Below, piece by piece: positions 1 to 13,862 of a stretch of DNA of 64,000 nucleotides; the stretch's first letter is position 1, and each line of letters opens with the position of its first letter. The position numbers were made by a program, and so were the translations under genes. The notes below the pieces were generated by a model. That model saw nothing but the letters and a program-made list of their open reading frames with translations. It did not search any database and was not told the DNA's origin. Source of the DNA: Octopus sinensis (Eukaryota); NCBI RefSeq assembly GCF_006345805.1, contig NW_021832436.1:1-64000 (forward strand). Direction: 5' to 3'.

Positions 1-668
1 ATGTGCATATCCTCATTTCTTGGGACAGTTCTCCGTGATTATCGACTGCGTAAATTTGTTCGTACTCTCTACAATCTTCTTATCATTTCTAATTAGGATT
101 TATAATTTTTGATTCAAGATTTGAGTCATAGTATGAAAATCCATACTCGAGTTCTCCACGTGTTTTCAAGCAATTGAACCTATTTTTTCTCTCTTACCTT
201 CTTTATTTTTCGTTCCCTCGTTCCACCACTACGATTCCTGGTGTTTTCCCACTCCCAGGTTCTTTCCCGTTATCTGAGTTCATTTCTGGGACGCATTCTA
301 TCTCTTTCGTTTTCAAATTCACTAAACTCCTCCACCGCCCCCGGCCAATTCCGTCAAGAATCACTAGTTGCTCGTATCCTAGAAACCTCCTTTTTATCCA
401 CGGTAATTGATGATGGTTTGGATTCCGATGGGCAATCTGATTGGCTAAAGCTGTTCTGCTTTTTTTCTTTCGGCTTCCCCTTTTTTCCATTCAGAGTCTA
501 ATAAAATCTCTTCCCCCTTCTTTGCCACGATCGTCAAACAAGAATTGCCCTCTTATTACGAGAACTGTTTTTCTCTTCGCTGGCTGAATGCCTATCTCGT
601 CAATTCAGATTCTCCTCTTGGTCCAACCTTCCATTCAGATTCTCCTCTTGAACAGCTCAATTATACGG

Positions 669-3600
669 TGCATAATATATTACGTAATTTATAACCTAAT
701 CTCAAGTACCCTTGTTTCCTTGTTTTTTCATATCTAGGAACCTCTCCAAATTGCATAATATATTACGTAATTTATTACATAATCTCAAGTATCCTCGTAT
801 CTACACATTTAGGCACCTCTTAAAATTGCATAATATATTACGTAATTTATTACATAATCTCAAGTATCCTCGTATCTACACATTTAGGCACCTCTTAAAA
901 TTGCATAATATATTACGCAATTTATTACTTAATCTCAAGTACCATTGTTTCGTCATATCTAGGAACCTCTCCAAAGTGCATAATATATTACGTAATTTAT
1001 TACATAATCTCAAGTATCCTCGTATCTACACATTTAGGCACCTCTTAAAATTGCATAATATATTACGCAATTTATTACCTAATCTCAAGTACCCTTGTTT
1101 CCTCATATCTAGGAACCTCTCCAAATTGCATAATATATTACGTAATTTATTACATAATCTCAAGTATCCTCGTATCTACACATTTAGGCACCTCTTAAAA
1201 TTGCATAATATATTACGTAATTTATTACCTAATCTCAAGTACCCTTGTTTCCTCATATCTAGGAACCTCTCTAAATTGCAAAATATATTACGCAATTTAT
1301 TACATATTCTCAAGTATCCTCGTATCTACACATTTAGGCACCTCTTAAAATTGCATAATATATTACGCAATTTATTACCTAATCTCAAGTACCCTTGTTT
1401 CCTCATATCTAGGAACCTCTCCAAATTGCATAATATATTACGTAATTTATTACATAATCTCAAGTATCCTCGTATCTACACATTTAGCACCTATTAAAAT
1501 TACATAATATATTACGTAATTTATTACCTAATCTCAAGTACCCTTGTTTCCTCATATCTAGGAACCTCTCCAAATTGCATAATATATTACGAAATTTATT
1601 ACATAATCTCAAGTATCCTCGTATCTACACATTTAGCACCTATTAAAATTGCATAATATATTACGTAATTTATTACCTAATCTCAAGTACCCTTGTTTCC
1701 TAATATTTAGGAACTTCTCCAAATTGCAAAATATATTACGCAATTTATTAACATATCTCAAGTATCCCGTATCTAACATTTGGCACCTCTTAAATTGCAT
1801 AATAATTACGCAATTTATTACCTAATCTCAAGTACCCTTGTTTCCTCATATCTAGGACCTCTCCAAATAGATAATATATTACGTAATTTAGTTACATAAT
1901 CTCAAGTATCCTCGTATCTACACATTTAGCACCTATTAAAATTACATAATATATTACGTATTTTATTACCTACATCTCAATACCCTTTGTTTCCTCATAT
2001 CTAGAACCTCCCCAAATTGCATAATATATTACGAATTTATTACATAATCTCAAGTATCCTCGTAGCTACATTTAGGCACCTCTTAAAATTGCATAATATA
2101 TTACGCAATTTATTACCTAATCTCAAGTACCCTTGTTTCCTCATATCTAGGAACCTCTCCAAATAGCATAATATATTACGTAATTTATTACATAATCTCA
2201 GTATATCCTCGTACTAACACATTAGAGCACCTATTAAAATGCATAATATATTACTAATTTATTACCTAATCTCAAGTACCCTTGTTTCTCATATCTAGGA
2301 ACCTATCCAAATTGCATAATATATTACGAATTTATTACATAATCTCAAGTATCCTCGTATCTAACATTTAGGCACCTCTCCAAAGTGCATAATATATTCG
2401 TATTTTATAACCTAACTAATCTCAAGTACCCTTGTTTCCTCATCTCTAGGACCTCTCAAATTGCATAATAATATTACTAATTTATTACATAATCTCAAGT
2501 TATCCCTCGTATCTACACATTTAGGCACCTCTTAAAATTGCATAATATATTACGTAATTTATTACCTCTCTCAAAAGTACCCTGTTTTCCTTGTTTTTTT
2601 TCATATCTAGGAACCTCTCCAATTGCAAAATATATTTCGCAATTATTACATATTCCTCAAGTATCCTCGTATCTAACATTTAGGCACCTCTTAAAATTGC
2701 ATATATATTACGCATTTATTACCTAATCTCAAGTATTCTTTGTTCCTCATATCTAGGAACCTCTCCAAATAGCATAATATATACGTAATTTATTACATAA
2801 TCTCAAGTATCCTCGTATCTACACATTTAGCACCTATTAAAAATTAACATAAATATTACTAATTTATTACCTAATCTCAGTACCCTTGTTTCCTCCTCAT
2901 ATCTAGGAACCTCTCCAAATTGCATAATATATTACGAAATTTATTACATAATCTCAAGTATCCTCGTATCTACACATTTAGCACCTCTTAAAATTGCATA
3001 ATATATTACGTAATTTATTACCTAATCTCAAGTACCCTTGTTTCCTCATATCTAGGAACCTCTCCAAATAGCATAATATATTACGTAATTTATTACATAA
3101 TCTCAAGTATCCTCGTATCTACACATTTAGCACCTATTAAAATTACATAATATATTACGTAATTTATTACCTAATCTCAAGTACCCTTGTTTCCTCATAT
3201 CTAGGAACCTCTCCAAATTGCATAATATATTACGTAATTTATTACATAATCTCAAGTATCCTCGTATCTACACATTTAGGCACCTCTTAAAATTGCATAT
3301 ATATTACGCATTTATTACCTAATCTCAAGTACCCTTGTTTCCTCATATCTAGGAACACTCTCCAAATAGCATATATATACGTAATTTATTACATAATCTC
3401 AAGTACCTCGTATCTACACATTAGCACCTATTAAAATTGCATAATATATTACGTAATTTATTACCTAATCTCAAGTACCCTTGTTTCCTCATATCTAGGA
3501 ACCTATCCAAATTGCATAATATTTTACGTATTTAGTACATAATCCAAGTATCCTCGTATCTACATTTAGGCACCTCTCCAAATTGCATAATATATTACGT

Positions 3601-5410
3601 ATTTATACATATCTCAAGTACCCTTGTTTCCTCCTCCTATCTAGGACCTCTTCCCATTGCATAATATATGACGTAATTTATTACATAATCTCAGTATCCT
3701 CGTATCTACACATTTAACACTATTAAAATTGCATAATATATTACGTATTATTACCTAATCTCAAGTATCCTTGTTTCCTCATATCTAGGAACCTCTCCAA
3801 GTTGCATAATATATTACGTAATTTATTACATAATCTCAAGTATCCTCGTATCTACACATTTAGGCACCTCTTAAAATTGCATAATATATTACGTAATTTA
3901 TTACCTAATCTCAAGTACCCTTGTTTCCTCATATCTAGGAACCTCTCCAAATTGCATAATATATTACGTAATTTATTACATAATCTCAAGTATCCTCGTA
4001 TCTACACATTTAGCACCTATAAAATTGCATAATATATTACGTAATTATTTACCTAATCTCAAGTACCCTTGTTTCCTCATATCTAGGAACCTCTCCAAAT
4101 TGCATGATATATTACGTAATTTATTACATAATCTCAAGTATCCTCGTATCTACACATTTAGGCACCTCTTAAAAATGCATAATATATTACGAAATTTATT
4201 ACATAATCTCAAGTATCCTCGTATCTACACATTTAGGCACCTCTTAAATTGCATAATATATTCGCAATTTATTACCTAATCTCAAGTACCCTTGTTTCCT
4301 TATATCTAGGAACCTCTCCAAATAGCATAATATATTACGTAATTTATTACATAATCTCAAGTATCCTCGTATCTACACATTTAGGCACCTCTTAAAATTG
4401 CATAATATATTACGTAATTTATTACCTAATCTCAAGTAACCCTGTTTCCTCCTTGTTTTTTTCATATCTAGGAACCTCTCCAAATTGCATAATATATTAC
4501 GTAATTTATTACATAATCTCAAGTATCCTCGTATCTACACATTTAGGCACCTCTTAAAATTGCATAATATATTACGAAATTTATTACATAATCTCAAGTA
4601 TCCTCGTATCTACACATTTAGGCACCCTTTAGAATTGCATAATATATTACGTAATTTATTACATAATCTCAAGTACCTTTGTTTCCTCATATCTAGGAAC
4701 CTCACCAAATTGCATAATATATTACGTAATTTATTACATAATCTCAAGTATCCTCGTATCTACACATTTAGGCACCTCTTAAAATTGCATAATATATTAC
4801 GCAATTTATTACCTAAGCTCAAGTACCCTTGTTTCCTCATATCTAGGAACCTCTCCAAATAGCATAATATATTACGTAATTTATTACATAATCTCAAGTA
4901 TCCTCGTATCTAACATTTAGGCACCTCTTAAAATTGCATAATATATTACGTAATTTATAACCTAATCTCAAGTACCCTTGTTTCCTCATATCTAGGAACC
5001 TCTCCAAATTGCATAATATATTACGTAATTTATTACATAATCTCAAGTATCCTCGTATCTACACATTTAGGCACCTCTCAAAATTGCTATATTACGTAAT
5101 TTATTACATAATCTCAAGTATCCTTGTTTCCTCATATCTATGAACCTCTCCAAGTTGCATAATATATTACGTAATTTATTACATAATCTCAAGTATCCTC
5201 GTATCTACACATTTAGGCACCTCTTAAAATTGCATAATATATTACGTAATTTATTACATAATCTCAAGTACCTTTGTTTCCTCATATCTAGGAACCTCTC
5301 CAAATTGCATAATATATTACGTAATTTATTACATAATCTCAAGTATCCTCGTATCTACACATTTAGGCACCTCTTAAAATTGCATAATATATTACGTAAT
5401 TTATTACCTA
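669..5410 (+). repeat. 75-bp satellite array (two monomer types A and B, mostly alternating), about 63 monomers
   Basis: A = ttgcataatatattacgtaatttattacataatctcaagtatcctcgtatctacacatttaggcacctcttaaaa. B = ttgcataatatattacgcaatttattacctaatctcaagtacccttgtttcctcatatctaggaacctctccaaa. The period shows as 25-aa repeats in the ORF track. Confidence 0.97.
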
Positions 5411-5642
5411 GTCAGAATATTAACAATCCTCATTGGTAAAAAAACTCAAATAGTCAGTATTTTTGTCAACCTATCTTATCTTTTCTTTCATTTTATCTTT
5501 CATCTATCATTTCTTTTTCTTTCATTTTATTTGTCCTTTTATCTCTTCTATTCTTATTTCATTTCTTTCTTTCCTTTCTGTCCATCTTCTTTTCTATTTC
5601 TTTTTATACCTTTCCATCTTTCTTTTCTATTTCTTTCCTACG

Positions 5643-7352
5643 ATGGCTATTTGCTCTTCGTGCAAAACTAGCAACGATCGGAAGAAAGGTAGATACTGTT
5701 CTGGCTGCAACAGTTTCTTCCACTTTTCGTGTGTTCGACTTTCCAGGCGCGTTTCAGCTTCTCTCATAACCTGGAACTGCCCTGTTTGTCGTTCTTGCAG
5801 GCCGGTCCCGGCCAACAGTCCGCCGGAAATCCCTGCTGAAAGTCCATCTCCGTCAGCCGAAGATGCTTTAAGATTCATCTATTCTTCTCGCTGTAACCGC
5901 CAAATTCCGGCACGGATACCGAAGGCAGCGAGGATTCAAGCTGCTCTCTCTTTGTCCACAGATATAAACCGCGCTTTGTCATCTAATGACTATCTGACTG
6001 GTTACTCCTTTTTGGTTTTGCTGTTTCGGTATTGGGATCCAACCCTCCCGGCTCGACCAGCGAGTCTAAAAAACTTTCTCCCGCATCGATTATTAAACAG
6101 CAAACTCGCCCTATTCGATCATTATATTCTCTGTTTCCCTCCCAGTTCGATTCCCTCCACTCTGACTCTCACAAATGTGTCGCCCCTTCTGTGGTTAACA
6201 CTAAAACTTCCTCCTTGCATTTACCATTTAGTCGTAAGGTGAACAGCAAGCTGTTTGATGGCGATGTCCGTGGAGCTGTCAGACTTGTTGCCTCCTCTAA
6301 CCGGCTTTTGTCCCCATCTCTTCCGTTTCGTCTAATTTGAGATCCAAGCACCCCAGTCCTCCAGTAAACTCCCGCATCCAACCCGCTATCAATACGACCG
6401 CCCTTGCGCAACTGCTGGTTACCGCTTCACAGGTTGAGAAGGCACTGAAAAGTTTTTCCCCAAGCAGCAGTGGGGTATAGATGGGCTGAAGCCCGGACAC
6501 ATTAAAGACTTGACTTCACCTCTTACTGCTGAGGCAGGCCTCTTGGAATCTATCACCAATCTCTGTACCGTCTTATCGGTGGGAATTTACCGGATTTTGC
6601 CCGGGCGATTTTCTTCTCGGCTAATCTCACTGCTTTGGGTAAAAAAGATAACGGGTCGAGCCGATCGCCGTGAATAATGTTTTTTCGCAGATTGGCCGGA
6701 AGCTCGTTTGCCACGTTTGTGATCCCCGAGTTGGTCCCGAAATTTTTGCCAGTCCAATTGGGCGTCGGCGTCAGTGGAGGGTGTGAATCGGCTGCCCCAT
6801 GCGTAAGAGAACTTATGGATTCTTCATTGGAATCTTTTAGTTAAACTGGACATATCGAATGCGTTCAAAACACAGTGAGACGGGTCATTTGCTCGAGACC
6901 TGCCTTTCTCTCGCCCCCTCCGCTATCCTCTGGTCCACCTTTCGTACTCACAACCCAGCCTCCTCCTGTTTGGCGATTCCTTTATCGTCTCATCGACCGG
7001 AGTGCAACAGGAAGATCCCCTGGAACCTTTCCTATTTGCTATGTGTGTCAACTCCGTCGCTCATTCTGTCCGCTCTCCGGTAAATATCTGGTACTTGGAC
7101 GACGCGACGATTTGTGGACCTCCCCGCTCTGTCTTAGACGACCTGCGGAGCATTATCCCGGCCCTTTCATCCATCGGTCTGGAGATAAACTCAAGCAAGT
7201 CCGAAGTCCTAAATCTGAATATTCCTTCCGATTTTTTTTTGCCGAAACTCTGGACGCCCTGGAACCTATTCTAAAAGGCGCGCGGGTATCAGAAACAAAG
7301 GACCTTGTAATCCTTGGTTCGCCAATCGGTCACGAGCCCTCTCCGATTCTAA
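5643..7352 (+). pseudogene. PHD + CRE-clade RT ORF, unit 1 copy, frameshifted (possibly sequencing errors)
   Basis: Near-identical to 13863-15578 but split over several frames by 1-nt indels. Starts MAICSSCKTSN; YLDD motif at ~7092. Confidence 0.85.
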
Positions 7353-8198
7353 TGGAGGTTCAGGAGGTTCGTTCGTGCGGCGACTGCTTGTGCAAGGTGT
7401 CCTCGGAAATGAAGTGCGCCCTCTAGAAGAAAAGAGTGCGGTATGTTAGATAGTCTTGACATTGAAAAGGCTTTCGACTTCGTTGTGTGTCACGACGCCC
7501 TCCGGAGCTCCCTCGCCACGTGTGGAGTTTCTCCGTGTCTAAGGAGCTGGCTGTCGGGGTTCTTTGAATCTCGCGGACAGATCGTGCGGCATCAGGGGGT
7601 CTTTTTTAAAGTCACAACAATCCTTCGCAGGGTCCCTCAGAGCTCTGTACTGAGTCCCACCGTTTTTTTAATGTCTTTACGGCTTCTGCGGCCCATGCCA
7701 GTCAATGCTCGTATTGAAATGGTGATTTATGCAAACGACATCATCATCTGGATCACTCGATGAAACCTAAATGTGGGTTTCGTAGGCTACAGGTTTCTGT
7801 GATGGACTTGTAAACTGGTGTGGGAGTAGGGATCTAAAGATGCGTGCGAAAAAATGGCAGTGTCTCAAAGTCTGTAAAATTACAAGGGGTTACACTAATT
7901 ACGTCCCTAGGTTATTGCCGAACGCGTCAGCAATTGCTGCAGGTGATCGGATGACTTATTTGGTCGTGCTCTTCAAGCCGGCCAGTAAGTTGATGATCAC
8001 ATTGCACGTACGAAAATGGGTGTAATGCAGCGATCAGGCCGTTGCGTGCTTTCCCGCTGCGGTTCAGGACCTGGAAAGTAGTCATGGAAAGAAGGAAGAG
8101 TTCAGCTATGGAATCCACCATGTGATATCCTCACATCTAGGGATCGTCCCAAATTGCATAATACATTAAGGAATTTATTACATATGAAATTATATTAG
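7353..8198 (+). pseudogene. Jockey/I-like LINE RT remnant, unit 1 copy
   Basis: LDIEKAFD, VPQSSVLSP and YANDII motifs; copy of 15579-16424. Confidence 0.8.
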
Positions 8199-8987
8199 AA
8201 ACTTATTATTATATATACTTAGAAGTACCCCCATATATGATTAACATGATAATGTTGAATTCAGAACGTCGAAAGTAGTCAATTAAAGAAGGAAGAGTTC
8301 ATTTAGGGAATCCAACATGTGCATATCCTCATTTCTTGGGACAGTTCTCCGTGATTATCGACTGCGTAAATTTGTTTCGTATCTCCTCTACAATCTTCTT
8401 ATCATTTCTAATTAGGATTTATATTTTTGATTCAAGATTTGAGTCATAGTATGAAAATCCATACTCGAGTTCTCCACTTTTTTTCAAGCAATTGAACCTA
8501 TTTTTTTTCTCTTACCTTCTTTATTTTCGTTCCCTCTTCCACGTTCCACCACTACGATTCCGGTGTTTTCCACTCCCAGGTTCTTCCCGTTATCTGAGTT
8601 CATTTCGGGACGCTTCTATCTCTTTCGTTTTCAAATTCACTAAACTCCTCCACCGCCCCCGCAAATTCCGTCAAGAATCACTAAAGTTGCTCGTATCCTA
8701 GAAACCTCCTTTTATCCACGGTAATTGATGATGGTTTGGATTCCGATGGGCAATCTGATTGGCTAAAGCTGTTCTGCTTTTTTTTCTTTCGGCTTCCCCT
8801 TTTTTTCCATTCAGAGTCTAATAAAATCTCTTCCCCCTTCTTTGCCACGATCGTCAAACAAGAATTGCCCTCTTATTACGAGAAACTGTTTTTCTCTTCG
8901 CTGGCTGAATGCCTATCTCGTCAATTCAATTCTCCTCTTGGTCCAACCTTCCATCAGATTCTCCTCTTGAACAGCTCAATTATACGG

Positions 8988-11900
8988 TGCATAATATATT
9001 ACGTAATTTATAACCTATCTCAAGTACCCTTGTTTCCTTGTTTTTTCATATCTAGGAACCTCTCCAAATTGCATAATATATTACGTAATTTATTACATAA
9101 TCTCAAGTATCCTCGTATCTACACATTTAGGCACCTCTTAAAATTGCATAATATATTACGTAATTTATTACATAATCTCAAGTATCCTCGTATCTACACA
9201 TTTAGGCACCTCTTAAAAATTGCATAATATATTACGCAATTTATTACTAATCTCAAGTACCATTGTTTCGTCATATCTAGAACCTCTCCAAATGCATAAT
9301 ATATTACGTAATTTATTACATAATCTCAAGTATCCTCGTATCTACACATTTAGGCACCTCTTAAAATTGCATAATATATTACGCAATTATTACCTAATCT
9401 CAAGTCCCTTGTTTCCTCATATCTAGGAACCTCTCCAAATTGCATAATATATTACGAATTTATTACATAATCTCAAGTATCCTCGTATCTACACATTAGG
9501 CACCTCTTAAAATTGCATAATATATTACGTAATTTATACATAATCTCAAGTACCTTTGTTTCCTCATATCTTGGAACCTCTCTAAATTGCAAAATATATT
9601 ACGCAATTTATTACATATTCTCAAGTATCCTCGTATCTACACATTTAGGCACCTCTTAAAATTGCATAATATATTACGCAATTTATTACCTAATCTCAAG
9701 TACCCTTGTTTCCTCATATCTAGAACCTCTCCAAATTGCATAATATATTACGTAATTTATTACATAATCTCAAGTATCCTCGTATCTACACATTTAGCAC
9801 CTATTAAAATTGCATAATATATTACGTAATTTATTACCTAATCTCAAGTACCCTTGTTTCCTAATATTTAGGAACTTCTCCAAATTGCAAAATATATTAC
9901 GCAATTTATTACATATTCTCAAGTATCCTCGTATCTAACATTTAGGCACCTCTTAAAATTGCATAATATATTACGCAATTTATTACCTAATCTCAAGTAC
10001 CCTTGTTTCCTCATATCTAGGAACCTCTCCAAATAGCATAATATATTACGTAATTTATTACATAATCTCAAGTATCCTCGTATCTACACATTTAGCACCT
10101 ATTAAAATTACATAATATATTACGTAATTTATTACCTAATCTCAAGTACCCTTGTTTCCTCATATCTAGGAACCTCTCCAAATTGCATAATATATTACGA
10201 AATTTATTACATAATCTCAAGTATCCTCGTATCTACACATTTAGGCACCTCTTAAAATTGCATAATATATTACGCAATTTATTACCTAATCTCAAGTACC
10301 CTTGTTTCCTCATATCTAGGAACCTCTCCAAATAGCATAATATATTACGTAATTTATTACATAATCTCAAGTATCCTCGTATCTACACATTTAGCACCTA
10401 TTAAAATTGCATAATATATTACGTAATTTATTACCTAATCTCAAGTACCCTTGTTTCCTCATATCTAGGAACCTATCCAAATTGCATAATATATTACGTA
10501 ATTTATTACATAATCTCAAGTATCCTCGTATCTAACATTTAGGCACCTCTCCAAATTGCATAATATATTACGTAATTTATTACATAATCTCAAGTACCCT
10601 TGTTTCCTCCTATCTAGGAACCTCTCCAAATTGCATAATATATTACGTAATTTATTACATAATCTCAAGTATCCTCGTATCTACACATTTAACACCTATT
10701 AAAATTGCATAATATATTACGTAATTTATTACCTAATCTCAAGTATCCTTGTTTCCTCATATCTAGGAACCTCTCCAAGTTGCATAATATATTACGTAAT
10801 TTATTACATAATCTCAAGTATCCTCGTATCTACACATTTAGGCACCTCTTAAAATTGCATAATATATTACGTAATTTATTACCTAATCTCAAGTACCCTT
10901 GTTTCCTTGTTTTTTCATATCTAGGAACCTCTCCAAATTGCATAATATATTACGTAATTTATTACATAATCTCAAGTATCCTCGTATCTACACATTTAGG
11001 CACCTCTTAAAATTGCATAATATATTACGAAATTTATTACATAATCTCAAGTATCCTCGTATCTACACATTTAGGCACCTCTTAGAATTGCATAATATAT
11101 TACGTAATTTATTACATAATCTCAAGTACCTTTGTTTCCTCATATCTAGGAACCTCACCAAATTGCATAATATATTACGTAATTTATTACATAATCTCAA
11201 GTATCCTCGTATCTACACATTTAGGCACCTCTTAAAATTGCATAATATATTACGCAATTTATTATGTCAAAGGCGCTGGGCATTACCGAGCGCTACGGGT
11301 TACCCGAGTGGACCTTAGAAAAAAATCAGAAAAAAATACTTGAAATTTTATGTTTCAAATTAATATACTTAATTTGATTAAAATCCAAAAAAAGTTATAA
11401 TTTTTTATGATATTTTTTAATTTGTTAAAATTATAATGCACAAAAACTTGCTTTAAAAATACTATATTAAAATAAAATATATTTATAAGATTTAATAATT
11501 GTTATCTTTCATAAAAACAATTCTAAATGTATCTACTACAGATTTAATTCAAGAATAAGGCGTAAGACGTTAAGCACTAAGGCTCCAAAATTTTCATATA
11601 ACGTTACACAGAAATTGAAAAAACTTTTTTTATGGATTATAACTAAAATTTTAATTATTTTGATTTATTTATTTTTTGATTCGTTTCATGTGGGTTTTTT
11701 TCATTGTTCCGTTGGACATTGAGATCAATCAGATCTATCTGAAATCTCTCAATTTTTGGGTGAGGCTATAATGTGGTTTTCAGGATCAACTATTTTTGCA
11801 AATCGACATACATCACATTCCGATACTACTTTCTGATGATTTCGCGTTTAACAAAAAAAATCTCTGATTACAAAACTCTTCCAACGGTTATTCCGCAATG

Positions 11901-13632
11901 AGTCATTTGATGAATTCCGCGTTAGCCACTAATTGCATCACCTCATGATTGTCTGCAGAAATGACTATTTTATCGTTTCTACGTGAGTCTTTAAGATATA
12001 GCCGCCCGTAATGAAAGTAAAATTCTTGGACTTTCGAGTTAATCTGTTTTTTGTTTAGATATCCAATGATCCCCTGCTCTTCCAATATTTTAACTATATG
12101 ATCATATTCTTGGACAATTTTGACAAAACAGCGAGGCATCAAGAAAACTTTATAGAATACGCATGGTAAATTATCTATTTGAAAATATCAAATGCTGCGC
12201 CTTTTAAAAATATTGAAATTATATTTATTACTTTAAAATATAATAACTAAAAAAATTTAGGTTTAATTTTTATAAAAAATTCTTTAAATGTTAATTTGAG
12301 CATTCAGTAACCCGTAGCGCTCGGTAAACGGTAGCGCCTGTGACATATTACCTAATCTCAAGTACCCTTGTTTCCTCATATCTAGGAACCTCTCCAAATA
12401 GCATAATATATTACGTAATTTATTACATAATCTCAAGTATCCTCGTATCTAACATTTAGGCACCTCTTAAAATTGCATAATATATTACGTAATTTATAAC
12501 CTAATCTCAAGTACCCTTGTTTCCTCATATCTAGGAACCTCTCCAAATTGCATAATATATTACGTAATTTATTACATAATCTCAAGTATCCTCGTATCTA
12601 CACATTTAGGCACCTCTCAAAATTGCTATATTACGTAATTTATTACATAATCTCAAGTATCCTTGTTTCCTCATATCTAGGAACCTCTCCAAGTTGCATA
12701 ATATATTACGTAATTTATTACATAATCTCAAGTATCCTCGTATCTACACATTTAGGCACCTCTTAAAATTGCATAATATATTACGTAATTTATTACATAA
12801 TCTCAAGTATCCTCGTATCTACACATTTAGGCACCTCTTAAAAATGCATAATATATTACGAAATTTATTACATAATCTCAAGTATCCTCGTATCTACACA
12901 TTTAGGCACCTCTTAAAATTGCATAATATATTACGCAATTTATTACCTAATCTCAAGTACCCTTGTTTCCTCATATCTAGGAACCTCTCCAAATAGCATA
13001 ATATATTACGTAATTTATTACATAATCTCAAGTATCCTCGTATCTACACATTTAGGCACCTCTTAAAATTGCATAATATATTACGTAATTTATTACCTAA
13101 TCTCAAGTACCCTTGTTTCCTTGTTTTTTCATATCTAGGAACCTCTCCAAATTGCATAATATATTACGTAATTTATTACATAATCTCAAGTATCCTCGTA
13201 TCTACACATTTAGGCACCTCTTAAAATTGCATAATATATTACGAAATTTATTACATAATCTCAAGTATCCTCGTATCTACACATTTAGGCACTCCTTAAA
13301 ATTGCATAATATATTACGCAATTTATTACCTAATCTCAAGTACCCTTGTTTCCTCATATCTAGGAACCTCTCCAAATTGCATAATATATTACGTAATTTA
13401 TTACATAATCTCAAGTATCCTCGTATCTACACATTTAGGCACCTCTTAAAATTGCATAATATATTACGTAATTTATTACATAATCTCAAGTACCTTTGTT
13501 TCCTCATATCTAGGAACCTCTCCAAATTGCATAATATATTACGTAATTGATTACATAATCTCAAGTATCCTCGTATCTACACATTTAGGCACCTCTTAAA
13601 ATTGCATAATATATTACGCAATTTATTACCTA
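8988..13632 (+). repeat. 75-bp satellite array of unit 2 (about 47 monomers), interrupted at 11265-12345
   Basis: Same A/B monomers. It ends at the same junction ttattaccta|gtcagaatatt as array 1. Confidence 0.97.
11265..12345 (-). mobile_element. Non-autonomous Ginger2/TDD-like DNA transposon with a degenerate integrase
   Basis: ~45-bp TIRs (tgtcaaaggcgct...ttaccgagcgctacgggttac / gtaacccgtagcgctcggtaa...agcgcctgtgaca), TGTCA...TGACA ends and 5-bp TSD TATTA (11260-64, 12346-50). The minus strand has frameshifted HHCC integrase zinc-binding motifs (HQMTHCG ... ECDVC) followed by ERFQIDLIDL. Confidence 0.82.
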
Positions 13633-13862
13633 GTCAGAATATTAACAATCCTCATTGGTAAAAAAAACTCAAATAGTCAGTATTTTTGTCAACCTATCTT
13701 ATCTTTTTCTTTCATTTTATCTTTCCATCTATCATTTCTTTTTCTTTCATTTTATTTGTCCTTTTATCTCTTCTATTTCTTTATTTCATTTCTTTCTGTC
13801 CATCTTTCTTTTCTATTTCTTTTTTATACCTTTTTATCTTTCTTTTCTATTTCTTTCCTACG

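Noticed and set aside
203-490. Minus-strand ORF in the unit 3' segment
   Set aside because: It is antisense to the old CRE ORF, and its frame is not kept among the three copies.
712-13550. Long ORFs of 25-aa repeats (LHNILRNLLHNLKYPRIYTFRHLLK)
   Set aside because: These come from a 75-bp monomer with one stop-free frame. The starts are mostly TTG, frames break often, and an open frame is not improbable by chance.
669-13632. CRISPR-like array
   Set aside because: There are no unique spacers and no cas genes, and the context is eukaryotic.
669-13632. TTAGG/CCTAA words as canonical telomeric repeats
   Set aside because: They are isolated, occur on both strands, and never form tandem runs.
13686-13862. 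59-aa hydrophobic N-terminal extension of the 630-aa ORF
   Set aside because: It has a TTG start in a pyrimidine-rich UTR that differs by indels between the units. The first ATG is at 13863.
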